Shown here: piece by piece, positions 1 through 9,237 of the stretch
How positions within the stretch are numbered: position 1 is the stretch's first letter
Layout of the letters: every line of letters starts with the position of its first letter
DNA from: Chloroflexota bacterium
Lineage (GTDB): Bacteria > Chloroflexota > Dehalococcoidia > Lucifugimonadales > JADFKI01
Assembly: GCA_009840355.1 (NCBI GenBank)
Contig: VXNZ01000033.1
Coordinates: 14,580-78,579 of the forward strand
Length of the DNA stretch: 64,000 nt
Reading direction: 5' to 3'
Notes under the pieces: generated by a model
What the model was told of the DNA's origin: nothing
The model's input: the letters and a program-made list of their open reading frames with translations, nothing else
Databases searched by the model: none
Translations under genes and position numbers: made by a program

Positions 1-736
1 CCGCAAGATGCACATGCATCACCACACGCCATTCGTTGCGGTCCATCGTGTTGCCGTGCTCTGCGGCAGTCTCTTCAGCAATCTTCCAGAAATCGGCGAG
101 GTTCGTGGCGATGCTGTCGCCGCGCGTTACGCTGACAGACAGGACGCCCGCGCCGTGCTTTCCTGCCAGCACCATGCCGGACGGGGACTGTGCCGCCGCC
201 ACCGCGATGGGGAAGTGCGGCTTGGTATATGGCCTGAGGTGCAATTGCGCCTCAACCAAGTTGAACCACTCGGAGCGATACGTGATAGGCTCGGTCTCGT
301 TAAGCAGGCGCATAATGAGCGTCATGGACTCGTCCATGCGCCGTCGCTGCTCAAGCGGGTCGATGCCGAGCATCGCCGCGTCGGTGACGAGCGCGCCAGG
401 ACCGACGCCGAGCATCGCACGCCCGCGTGTCAGGTGGTCTAGCAGCACCATGCGGTTGGCAACCATCATCGGGTGGTGGTACGGCAAGCTTATGACGCCC
501 GTGCCGAGCTTGATGTTGCGCGTGCGCTCTGCCGCCGTCGCCATGAACAGCTCCGGCGAGGCGATGATTTCCCAGCCCGCGCTATGGTGTTCGCCAATCC
601 ACGCCTCGTCATAGCCGAGATAGTCGAGCCACTGGATAATCTCAAGATCGCGCTCAAGCGATAAGGTAGGGTTTTCGCCCTTCCAGTGGAACGGCGCCAT
701 GAAGATGCCAAACTTCATTCTTTCGGGGAGTGTCAT
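1..736 (-). CDS. LLM-class (luciferase-like) flavin-dependent oxidoreductase, N-terminal ~245 aa; 3' end lies beyond the window start
   Basis: Hand translation of minus strand from ATG 736..734: MTLPERMKFGIFMAPFHWKGENPTLSLERDLEIIQWLDYLGYDEAWIGEHHSAGWEIIASPELFMATAAERT... open to position 1. Missing from the ORF track because it runs off the edge; track ORFs 8..442 and 36..614 are its antisense shadows. Confidence 0.8.
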   Translation of the reverse strand, partial: MTLPERMKFGIFMAPFHWKGENPTLSLERDLEIIQWLDYLGYDEAWIGEHHSAGWEIIASPELFMATAAERTRNIKLGTGVISLPYHHPMMVANRMVLLDHLTRGRAMLGVGPGALVTDAAMLGIDPLEQRRRMDESMTLIMRLLNETEPITYRSEWFNLVEAQLHLRPYTKPHFPIAVAAAQSPSGMVLAGKHGAGVLSVSVTRGDSIATNLADFWKIAEETAAEHGNTMDRNEWRVVMHVHLA

Positions 737-1116
737 AGGTGCGTCCTTTACCTGTGCCGCCTGACAATGCAGGCGCGGATGAGGCGGCTGTCGCCTCGCA
801 ACGATTTTAGCACGATGCCTATTACAGGGCAATTGCGGCATGTGCGGTCAGCTTCCCCGCTATCCAAGAGTTAGTTTCGATGGACAGGAAAGGAAGGGCT
901 GACAAGGGTATGTACAGGATGTATTCCCTTACCCCTCTGATGGAGGAAGATTAAGATGGGATTAAAGATACACAATATTGCCTAGTCATATCACCATCTC
1001 AGCGCCGCGCAATGGCTGACGCGAACACCACCATGTGATAAACTCGCCCGTGCATATTTCGCGCTACGGCACTGCCATCTAACGCTGCCGCATGACAATC
1101 AAACTAGGAGACGGCA

Positions 1117-3141
1117 ATGGTCCCGCCTGACAGCATTTTCGGAATAATACCCACTTGGGTGGGCGTGTATGTCGCGTCGATAGTCGCGTTCGCCGTCGCG
1201 GGCTATTTCCTGTACCAGCGCGTGTTCCGGCTGGTGCTGCTTGGCAAGCCGGCGGAGCGGTTCGACCAGCCCGTGCGGCGATTTTTCGGCGCGCTGCCGT
1301 TCATCTTCGGGCAGCGCAAGGTTCTGCAGCGCGTTTCATTGCGAGATCGCGCCGGGCTTGCGCACTTCTTCATATTCTGGGGCTTCCTGTCGTTCTCGCT
1401 GAGCTACGCGCTGTTCATCTTTGGCGATTCGCTGTGGCATCCGTTGTCCGGCAAGATACTCACCGAGACGGGCTTGAAGGCGTTCACGATATATCTCGAT
1501 GTGCTCGCGGCGCTGTTCTTGGTCGTGCTGGCGTGGGCGGCGATTAGGCGCTGGGGCTTCACGCCGAGCCGCCTGAAGTTCGACCTAACGCAGAAGAAGG
1601 AATCGGCAATCATCCTCGCGCTAATTGCCATGCTGATGATATTCACGCTGCTAACGGAGGCGTTTTACATCGTTGGCGGTGGAGGTGGTTCACATGCAGC
1701 CGCGCCTGTCGGTGGCGCAATCGCCAACATATTCACCGGAGTAAACGCTGAAGCGGCAGGCGTTCTGCAAGCCTTCTTCTGGTGGGCGCATCTCGCCATA
1801 ATTCTGGGCTTTGCGATATACATCCCGCTGTCCAAGCACATGCACCTCGTCGGCGCGCCCATCAACTTCTACACGCGATCGCTGGAGGCGCGTGGCGCTC
1901 TGCCCACGCCCACCGACTTGGAGACGGCAGAGGTATTTGGTGCGCATCGTGTGCAGGACTTCACGCAGCGGCAACTGCTGGACGGCTACGCCTGCGCCGT
2001 CTGTGGCCGCTGCACTGATGTCTGCCCTGCGAATATCAGCGGCAAAATCCTATCGCCGATGCACATCGTGGAAAATCTTAAAGAGCATACGCTCGAGACG
2101 GCGCCCGGCGTCATAGCCGGCGAAGACCCGCAAGAAGAAAAGCCGCTGATAGGCCGCTGGATTCAGGAAGAGGCGCTGTGGGATTGCCTGACCTGCGGCG
2201 CGTGCGTTGAGGAGTGCCCCGTAGGCGTGGAGCACATCAGCACCATCGTGGACATGCGCCGATATCTCGTAATGGAGCAGGCGGAGATGCCGGAGACGGC
2301 GATGAACGCGCTACTGAGCATGGAACAGCGCGGACACCCCTGGCGCGGCACGACATTCGCGCGCACGGACTGGGCGGAAGGCTTAGACATCCCTCTGCTC
2401 GCCGACCATCCTGAAGCGGAAGTGCTGTTCTGGGTGGGCTGCACTCCCGCGCTAGAGCAGCGCAGCCAAAGTGTCGCGCGCTCTATGGCGTCTGTGTTGA
2501 AGCGCGCCGGCGTGGACTTTGCCATACTGGGCATGGAAGAAGGCTGCACCGGCGATCCGGCGCGGCGCATGGGCAATGAATATCTGTATCAGATTATGGC
2601 GCAGCAGAACATCGACACACTAAACGGCTACGATGTGAAGAAGGTCGTTACCATCTGCCCGCACTGCTTCAACACCATCAAGAATGAGTACCCACACTTG
2701 GGCGGCAATTACGAAGTGATGCACTACAGCGAGTTCGTTTCCGAGCTGATAGCGGACGGACGGATCAAGCCGCTGGTGGAGATGAACACGACGCTCGCCT
2801 TCCACGACCCGTGCTATCTCGGGCGGCAGAACGGCATATTCGACCAGCCACGCGCAATCGCCGAAGCAATACCGGGCTTGGAATTAGTGGAGATGGAGCG
2901 ATCCCGCAGTAAGAGCTTCTGCTGCGGCGCGGGCGGCGGGCACATGTGGGTAGAGGAAAGCCGCGGCAGGCGCGTCAACCATGTGCGCACCGATCATTTC
3001 CTAGATACCGGCGCCGACACGGTTGGCGTATCCTGCCCCTTCTGCCTGCAAATGATGGAAGAGGGCATAGGCACCAAAGGAGCCCAAAACTCCCACCGCG
3101 CGAAGGATTTGCTGGAGATATTGGACGAGAGTTTGGGGTAG
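1117..3141 (+). CDS. Membrane-anchored (Fe-S)-binding oxidoreductase: polytopic N-terminal membrane domain fused to an HdrD/DsrK/GlpC-like domain
   Basis: 674-aa ORF. Ferredoxin motifs CAVCGRCTDVCP and CLTCGACVEECP. CCG-type cysteine motifs (CPHCFNT, CCGAGGG, SCPFCLQMM). Hydrophobic helices in first ~250 aa. AGGAG 6 nt before ATG. Confidence 0.75.
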   Translation: MVPPDSIFGIIPTWVGVYVASIVAFAVAGYFLYQRVFRLVLLGKPAERFDQPVRRFFGALPFIFGQRKVLQRVSLRDRAGLAHFFIFWGFLSFSLSYALFIFGDSLWHPLSGKILTETGLKAFTIYLDVLAALFLVVLAWAAIRRWGFTPSRLKFDLTQKKESAIILALIAMLMIFTLLTEAFYIVGGGGGSHAAAPVGGAIANIFTGVNAEAAGVLQAFFWWAHLAIILGFAIYIPLSKHMHLVGAPINFYTRSLEARGALPTPTDLETAEVFGAHRVQDFTQRQLLDGYACAVCGRCTDVCPANISGKILSPMHIVENLKEHTLETAPGVIAGEDPQEEKPLIGRWIQEEALWDCLTCGACVEECPVGVEHISTIVDMRRYLVMEQAEMPETAMNALLSMEQRGHPWRGTTFARTDWAEGLDIPLLADHPEAEVLFWVGCTPALEQRSQSVARSMASVLKRAGVDFAILGMEEGCTGDPARRMGNEYLYQIMAQQNIDTLNGYDVKKVVTICPHCFNTIKNEYPHLGGNYEVMHYSEFVSELIADGRIKPLVEMNTTLAFHDPCYLGRQNGIFDQPRAIAEAIPGLELVEMERSRSKSFCCGAGGGHMWVEESRGRRVNHVRTDHFLDTGADTVGVSCPFCLQMMEEGIGTKGAQNSHRAKDLLEILDESLG

Positions 3142-3167
3142 TCAAGCAGATGAACCGGAGGGCACAG

Positions 3168-3377
3168 ATGCGAGAGTTCACCGTCATAGTTGAACGGGAC
3201 GAAGTCGGCTGGCTTGTGGGGAGCGTTCCTGCGCTGAGAGGTTGCCACACACAGGCAAGCAACCTAGAGGAACTTCTAGAGAATATCAGAGAAGCTATCC
3301 TACTCTGTCTTGAAGTCGAACACGAAGACGAAATTAACAACCTCACTTTGGTCGGTGTACACAGAGTCGGCGTATGA
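3168..3377 (+). CDS. hicB: Type II antitoxin HicB (UPF0150 fold)
   Basis: MREFTVIVERDEVGWLVGSVPALRGCHTQASNLEELLENIREAILLCLE... is typical HicB. GGAGGG 5 nt upstream of ATG 3168. Stop overlaps the hicA start (ATGA). Confidence 0.8.
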   Translation: MREFTVIVERDEVGWLVGSVPALRGCHTQASNLEELLENIREAILLCLEVEHEDEINNLTLVGVHRVGV

Positions 3378-3598
3378 GTCGGATGCCAAGCCTTGCAGCG
3401 GATGAAGTGCTTCGAGCCTTATCAAGAGCGGGATTCCAGAGAATAAGGCAACGAGGGAGCCACCTGATGATGAGACATCCTGACGGCAGAACAACAGTAG
3501 TGCCAGTTCATCACAGGCAAATTATCGGACCTGGGCTTATGTCGAAAATTCTCCGAGATACAGAGATGACAAGAGAAGAATTTCAGGCACTGCTATGA
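3374..3598 (+). CDS. hicA: Type II toxin HicA (mRNA interferase, YcfA family)
   Basis: 74 aa; LRALSRAGFQRIRQRGSHLMMRHPDGRTTVVPVH motif characteristic of HicA. Confidence 0.85.
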   Translation: MSRMPSLAADEVLRALSRAGFQRIRQRGSHLMMRHPDGRTTVVPVHHRQIIGPGLMSKILRDTEMTREEFQALL

Positions 3599-3645
3599 CG
3601 AGTCAGGGTCGCTCGCACTCCCCATGGCAACTCTAGCTTAAGGAT

Positions 3646-3984
3646 TTACCCATACAGGTCGAACACCTCTTCCATCGCTGCCCACCATTCGTCCGGATTG
3701 GCATCGGGGACGGGAGTCTGGAACTCGCGCATCAGGGCGTCCCACTCTGCTGCGCGTGGGGATGCTTCGATGTAGCGGGGGAAGTCGCGCTCCAAGTCGA
3801 ATTCGTCCGGCGCTTCAAGGTACATGAAAAGCCTGTTGCCGAGCAGGAATATCTTCATCTTGGCAATGCCGAGAGAGCGCAGCCCTTCCAGCACCTCGTC
3901 CCAAACGGCGCGGTGATATTCCTTGTACTGCTCGATTACATCGGCTTCATCGCGCAAATCTAGCGCCATTGCATAAGATTTCAT
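3646..3984 (-). CDS. L-rhamnose mutarotase family protein
   Basis: MKSYAMALDLRDEADVIEQYKEYHRAVWDEVLEGLRSLGIAKMKIFLLGNRLFMYLE... (RhaM/DUF718 pattern). Start taken at the internal Met of track ORF 3646..4008. Confidence 0.8.
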   Translation of the reverse strand: MKSYAMALDLRDEADVIEQYKEYHRAVWDEVLEGLRSLGIAKMKIFLLGNRLFMYLEAPDEFDLERDFPRYIEASPRAAEWDALMREFQTPVPDANPDEWWAAMEEVFDLYG

Positions 3985-4287
3985 GTCTTTGCCTCTCGTC
4001 CGTCGCAATCCGAGTTGCCTAGTTAATCCGGCCTAGCTGGAGCGGGAATCGCCGAAGACTTCGTCCACGAATTCTCTGCCCGGTTGCACGCCGGGTCGGG
4101 TCAAGGCAGCCTCTATATGACGACGCTCCCCTTCCTTGGCTTTTACAAGCACTTCCGCCTTCTTCGCTTGCGGACGCAAGAATCCGGTGCTTGCAAGCGG
4201 CGTTAATATAACAAAGACTGCTACATTTGTGTCTGTGTCAACGCTTCCTAGCATGCACAAATCGACTATGCCCACACCGCAAACTCA

Positions 4288-5271
4288 TTACGGCGTCGGC
4301 GCGTTTTCGGGCAGCAAGCCTTCGTGCCGCAATTCGTTCCACAGGTCGGCGGGGATGGTGTAGCTAACCATGTCGAAGTTTTCCTGCACTTCGGCGGCTG
4401 ATACTGCGCCCGGTATCGTGGCAGCGACGGCCGGATGTGCCAAGCCGAACTGCAGCGCGGCGGCTTTCAGCGGCACATCGTGCCTGTCGCAGACCGCCTT
4501 TATCTTGCGCGCCTGCTCCAGCACTTCGGGCGGCGTGGACTGGTAGAAGTATGTCGTGCCCTCGCCCAAATCGGACGCCAACACGCCGCTGTTGTACGGG
4601 CCGCCTAGGATGATGCTCATCTCGCGCTCTTCACACAATGGCAGCAGGTCGTCCAATCCGGACTGGTCGAGCAGAGTGTATCGCCCGGCGAGCAGGAAGC
4701 AGTCAAAGTCCGCCTCGCGGCCAAACTGCGCCAGCGGCTCACAAAAATTCATGCCCGCCCCTATCGCGCCGATGACGCCCTGCGAGCGAAGTTCCGCCAA
4801 TGCCGGAAATGCCTCATCTACCGCCTGCTGGTGAAAGTCGTCAGGGTCGTGTATCAGCAGTATGTCCACGCGGTCCAGCTCCAGCCGCTTCAAGCTTTCT
4901 TCAAACGAGCGCAGCACTCCGTCGCGGCTGAAATCGAAAGCGACTTCCATCTGCGGCAAGTCGCGGAATATATCCTGTCCGGGCGCGGTGTCCACCGGAT
5001 TCAGCACTCGTCCGACCTTCGTGGACAGCACATACGAATCGCGGTTCACGCCATCAAGTCCCTGCGCGTAATACCGCTCGCTCCTGCCTGCGCCGTAGAA
5101 TGGCGCGGTGTCGAAATACGATATGCCCAGATCCAGCCCCTTACCGATGCTTTCGATGGAACTTCGTTGCGCGTCCTCAATCGGCATTGAGCCGAACGGC
5201 GCGCCGCCCACGCCAAGCCGCGATACCATAACGCTTGTCGAGCCGATTTCTGCCTTATCCAGTGGATTCAT
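4288..5271 (-). CDS. Aldo/keto reductase
   Basis: 327 aa; AKR pattern (LGVGGAPFG, YFDTAPFYG, LLIHDPD). Confidence 0.85.
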   Translation of the reverse strand: MNPLDKAEIGSTSVMVSRLGVGGAPFGSMPIEDAQRSSIESIGKGLDLGISYFDTAPFYGAGRSERYYAQGLDGVNRDSYVLSTKVGRVLNPVDTAPGQDIFRDLPQMEVAFDFSRDGVLRSFEESLKRLELDRVDILLIHDPDDFHQQAVDEAFPALAELRSQGVIGAIGAGMNFCEPLAQFGREADFDCFLLAGRYTLLDQSGLDDLLPLCEEREMSIILGGPYNSGVLASDLGEGTTYFYQSTPPEVLEQARKIKAVCDRHDVPLKAAALQFGLAHPAVAATIPGAVSAAEVQENFDMVSYTIPADLWNELRHEGLLPENAPTP

Positions 5272-5558
5272 GTCGTGCTCCTCTCACTCATTGTCGTCCG
5301 ATACTGAACGCATACTAACGCAAGCCTGCGGATATTCACAGAGCCGCTCGTAATCTCTCGACATGGGAGACAATTCAAGTGTCTTTGCCTTCGTTCTTCG
5401 GAACTCCTGCGAGATTACTCAGGCATAGTTTGACATCGAAGTCCCTTCCTTCTTGATGTAGGAAAGTTAGTCTGAGGGTGAAAGAGCCAGAATTCGCATG
5501 CAAGTGTGCACACAGAGCGACCGGTCGCCTTGTAGGATTTTCTTATGAAATCGCCCCG

Positions 5559-6473
5559 CTACCGGAAGACCGCAAGTATTACCGCTGCGCTGCTTAGCCA
5601 TAGCAGAGCCGTCGCAATTAGCGGTATGTCGCCGAGCAGCAGATCTTCGGGATTTTCGCCGGCGTCGGCACTGTCGCTCAATATCAGGTAGCGGAACAGG
5701 CCGAACGCGACGAATGGAATCGTCAGCATCATCGCACCATTGGCGGGCAGATTAGGCGCGGTGAATGTGTACAGCGAGTAAGCTATCAGCGACGCGGTGG
5801 CAGTTATGACCACCAGCTTATGCAATGATTCGACGCTGTACCCGCTCAGCGACGGGCGTTGGCTCGCAGCGTCCGTGCCGGCAGTCGTGAGTTGGCTGCG
5901 CCGCTTGATGAGCGCCAGCAGCAACGCCGCGAGCGCAGTGCACAGGTAAAGCCATGGCGAAATCGGAACGCCCATGATCGCCGCGCCCGCGACCGCGCGC
6001 AGCACCATACCCCCGCTTATCACGAACACATCGACCAGCACGATGTGCTTGAGCGCCAGCGAGTACGCAATATTCGCCAGCGCGTAAAGCAGCGATATGA
6101 CGCCGAATATCGGATTCAGAGTGAACGCGCCGCCTAGCGCAATGGCAGTGAGCGCAACGGCGGCAATCCACGCAGCAGCTACGGGCAAGCGGCAGGATGC
6201 GATGGGACGATTGCGCTTGCGCGGATGCCGGCGATCGCTGTCCGCGTCTAGGATGTCGTTTAGCAGATAGACGGCGCCGGTGAGCGCGGAGAATATCAGG
6301 AACGCCAACGTGATGACGCCGAACAACTGCAGCGCCGCGCCTATGTCAGCGTCCAGCGACCACGCCTCGTTTATTGTGAAGAAGAACGCGAGGTAGATGA
6401 TCAGGTTCTTGTACCACTGGCGGGGGCGCATGCTGACGAACAGCGCCGCTCCTAGTCTCGCCGCATTCTTCAT
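5559..6473 (-). CDS. UbiA-family prenyltransferase, decaprenyl-phosphate phosphoribosyltransferase-like
   Basis: MRPRQWYKNL...NDILDADSDRRHPRKRNRPIASC motifs; polytopic. Start uncertain: alternatives at 6518 or 6632. 6473 lies 15 aa before RPRQWYKN. Confidence 0.7.
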   Translation of the reverse strand: MKNAARLGAALFVSMRPRQWYKNLIIYLAFFFTINEAWSLDADIGAALQLFGVITLAFLIFSALTGAVYLLNDILDADSDRRHPRKRNRPIASCRLPVAAAWIAAVALTAIALGGAFTLNPIFGVISLLYALANIAYSLALKHIVLVDVFVISGGMVLRAVAGAAIMGVPISPWLYLCTALAALLLALIKRRSQLTTAGTDAASQRPSLSGYSVESLHKLVVITATASLIAYSLYTFTAPNLPANGAMMLTIPFVAFGLFRYLILSDSADAGENPEDLLLGDIPLIATALLWLSSAAVILAVFR

Positions 6474-6781
6474 TCGTTTGATCCTGCCATATCCGGCATT
6501 TCTTTCAAGCGTTCCCATGATGATCCCGGAATGGTGATAGTGGGTGATAGTGATAGCCGCCGTAGCAGGATGATATGGATTGGGAGCGATGCAGGTCAAC
6601 CTAATAGCGGGTAATTGGCGCGAATTTGACACCCAGACGAGGTTGTGCAGCGGATATTTCGCCCCTTCCTAACCTTCCCTCAAAAGCGGCAATAGACTAT
6701 TGTTCATCTTGTCCTCTCTGCTCTTCGTGTTCCTTCTTCATGCGGTGTCAAGCGCGTGGGTAGGGCGTCCGTATAATTCTG

Positions 6782-6811
6782 TTGACAACGCCGCTGCGCC
6801 TTCGCTATATT
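6782..6811 (+). promoter_or_regulatory. sigma70-type promoter of groES-groEL
   Basis: TTGACA (6782-6787), 18-nt spacer, TATATT (6806-6811), immediately followed by CIRCE. Confidence 0.6.
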
Positions 6812-6814
6812 TAT

Positions 6815-6841
6815 TTAGCAGACTATTCTTGAGTCTGCTAA
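6815..6841 (+). promoter_or_regulatory. CIRCE-type HrcA operator (variant arms)
   Basis: Perfect inverted repeat TTAGCAGAC-N9-GTCTGCTAA, 76 nt upstream of groES. Canonical CIRCE is TTAGCACTC-N9-GAGTGCTAA. Confidence 0.8.
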
Positions 6842-6916
6842 TTGGCGTCCCAGACAGCGCAAATTGGCACACGAACCGGCAACAATTCTCAAGCAAATCA
6901 GGAGGAATTGAGGACA

Positions 6917-7222
6917 ATGGCGACAGAAACCCAGGTTACTTTCAACCCGCTCGGCAACCGCGTGGTGGTGAAGCCTTCAGAGGCTGAAGAGTCGATGAGC
7001 GCGGGCGGCATCTACATACCCGACACGGCGAAAGAGAAGCCACAGGAAGGCGAAGTTGTGGCGGTCGGCCCCGGCAGGCTCACCGATGACGGCAACCGCG
7101 TGCCTATGGAACTCACGGTCGGCGATCTGGTCGTGTACTCCAAGTACGCCGGCACCGAGTACAAAGACGGCGACGACGAGTATCTCGTGCTGCGCGAAGA
7201 CGACATTCTGTTCAAGAAGTAA
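6917..7222 (+). CDS. groES: Co-chaperonin GroES
   Basis: [53 protein letters not shown]... Confidence 0.95.
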   Translation: MATETQVTFNPLGNRVVVKPSEAEESMSAGGIYIPDTAKEKPQEGEVVAVGPGRLTDDGNRVPMELTVGDLVVYSKYAGTEYKDGDDEYLVLREDDILFKK

Positions 7223-7290
7223 TCGACGCCCTAGCCCACCCAAGACAATCACAATTCTCATAAGTCAACTCTCGTAAGGAGGAAGAAGAA

Positions 7291-8901
7291 ATGCCCAAGC
7301 AGCTCACATTCAGTGAGGAAGCCCGCGCAGCCATGAAGCGCGGCATCGACCAGATGGCAAGCACCGTCGGCGTTACGCTCGGACCGCGCGGACGCAATGT
7401 CGTTCTCGACAAGAAGTTCGGCCCGCCGCAGGTGTGCAGCGACGGCGTAACCATCGCTAAGGAAATCGAGCTTGAAGACCCGTTCGAGAATATGGGCGCG
7501 CAGCTTCTCAAGGAAGCCGCCAGCAAGACCAACGACGTCGCAGGCGACGGCACGACCACCGCGACCGTTCTCGCGCAGGCGATCATCCACGAAGGCTTCA
7601 AGAACATCGCCGCCGGCGCCAATCCTATGGCTCTGAAGCGCGGCATCGAAAAGGGCGTCGTCGCCCTTCGCGATCAGGTCGGCTCTATGTCCACACCGGT
7701 CGAGGGCAAGACGCAGATTGCGCAGGTCGCATCCCTGTCCGCTCACGACGACGACATGGGCGGTCTAATCGCCGATGTTATGGAGCGCGTGGGCAAGGAC
7801 GGCGTCATCACGGTTGACGAGTCCAAGGGCTTGAACTTCGAGCAGGAGTTCGTTGAGGGCATGCAGATTGACCGAGGTTACATCTCGCCCTACTTCATCA
7901 CCGACCAGGACAAGATGGAATCGTCTATCGAAGACCCCTACATCCTCATCACCGACAAGAAGGTTTCAGCAGTCGCCGATGTGTTGCCTGCACTGGAGAA
8001 GATCCTGCAGGTCAGCAAGAACCTCGTCATCATCGCCGAGGACATCGAAGGCGAAGCGCTCGCCACCCTGGTCGTCAACAGGCTGCGCGGCACGCTGAAC
8101 TGCCTCGCCGTCAAGGCTCCCGGCTTCGGTGACAGGCGCAAGGCGATGCTCGAAGACATGGCAATCCTCACGGGCGGTCAGGTCATCAGCGAAGAAGTCG
8201 GCCGCAAGCTCGACTCCGTGGTCGTGGAAGACCTCGGCAGGGCGCGCCGGGTTGTCGCCACCAAGGAAGAGACTATCTTCGTTGACGGCGCAGGCACCGA
8301 TGACAACATCACGGGCCGCATCAACCAGATCAAGGCGCAGATCGACGAGACTACCTCCGACTTCGACCGCGAGAAGCTGCAGGAACGCCTTGCCAAGCTC
8401 TCCGGCGGCGTCGCCATCATCAAGGTTGGCGCAGCGACCGAGGTCGAACTTCGCGAGAAGAAGCAGCGCGTTGAGGACGCCCTGTCCGCAACCCGCGCAG
8501 CAGTCGAAGAGGGCATCGTCCCCGGTGGCGGACTGGCGCTCATTCGCGCGCGAGACGCGCTCGCGGGCGTTGAACTTTCCGGCGACGAGGCTACCGGCGT
8601 CTCTATCCTCCGCAAGTCGCTTGAACAGCCGCTGAAGCTCATCTCCGAGAACACTGGCGTCTCCGGCGAGGTTATCCTCTCCGAGAGCATCAAGGCAGAG
8701 GGCGACTGGGGCTACGACGCAGAAGTCGGCGAGTTTGGCCACCTGCTGGAGCGCGGCATCATGGACCCGGCGAAGGTAACGCGCGCAGCGATCGAGAACG
8801 CCGCCAGCGTCGCATCGATGGTACTCACCACCGAGTCGCTCATCACCGACGTCCCGGAAGAAGCGCCCGCAGCACCGGCAATGCCCCCGATGGACTACTA
8901 G
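7291..8901 (+). CDS. groEL: Chaperonin GroEL
   Basis: 536 aa; [12 protein letters not shown] motif, C-terminal PAMPPMDY tail; AGGAGG upstream. Confidence 0.97.
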   Translation: MPKQLTFSEEARAAMKRGIDQMASTVGVTLGPRGRNVVLDKKFGPPQVCSDGVTIAKEIELEDPFENMGAQLLKEAASKTNDVAGDGTTTATVLAQAIIHEGFKNIAAGANPMALKRGIEKGVVALRDQVGSMSTPVEGKTQIAQVASLSAHDDDMGGLIADVMERVGKDGVITVDESKGLNFEQEFVEGMQIDRGYISPYFITDQDKMESSIEDPYILITDKKVSAVADVLPALEKILQVSKNLVIIAEDIEGEALATLVVNRLRGTLNCLAVKAPGFGDRRKAMLEDMAILTGGQVISEEVGRKLDSVVVEDLGRARRVVATKEETIFVDGAGTDDNITGRINQIKAQIDETTSDFDREKLQERLAKLSGGVAIIKVGAATEVELREKKQRVEDALSATRAAVEEGIVPGGGLALIRARDALAGVELSGDEATGVSILRKSLEQPLKLISENTGVSGEVILSESIKAEGDWGYDAEVGEFGHLLERGIMDPAKVTRAAIENAASVASMVLTTESLITDVPEEAPAAPAMPPMDY

Positions 8902-8960
8902 GCAATTAGTCTAGCACTTGCCACTAGCGCTAGCATGGCATAAGGCATAGGCATAACTAG

Positions 8961-9000
8961 AGCGCCCCGAACAAGCGAAAGTTCGGGGCGCTCTTCTTGT
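8961..9000 (+). terminator. Rho-independent terminator after groEL
   Basis: 12-bp stem AGCGCCCCGAAC / GTTCGGGGCGCT, 8-nt loop, followed by CTTCTTGT. Confidence 0.75.
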
Positions 9001-9166
9001 GCGCAGCTTCATTATCTCCCTCCCCATCCTACCCATTCTGTTACCCTCTTCTGTTGGCAGTCAAACGAAGGTTTTGGAACATGGCAACCATGCCATAACC
9101 GCCACCGCAATCAGCCAAAATCGTCAATTTCTGCGTTCAATTGTGAGGGCATGGACGGTGCCGCAG

Positions 9167-9175
9167 TGCTATAAT
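9167..9175 (+). promoter_or_regulatory. Candidate extended -10 promoter element for dnaE
   Basis: TGCTATAAT 63 nt upstream of the dnaE start; no good -35 seen. Confidence 0.35.
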
Positions 9176-9237
9176 CAGCACATCATAGCAGTGAGAACAA
9201 TTGAACGCCCAACTGAACGATTGAGGTCCGGCTCTTT

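Noticed and set aside
4033-4275. 80-aa minus-strand ORF between the AKR gene and the rhamnose mutarotase gene
   Set aside because: No recognisable family, a GTG start without SD, and an AT-rich internal stretch that looks more like promoter DNA. Left unannotated; it could still be a small real gene.
9077-9096. LexA/Cheo-type SOS box or operator upstream of dnaE (GAACATGGCAAC; palindrome ATGGCA-N4-TGCCAT)
   Set aside because: The right half is CAAC rather than GTTC, so it is not a GAAC-N4-GTTC box. The 6-bp palindrome alone is weak evidence.
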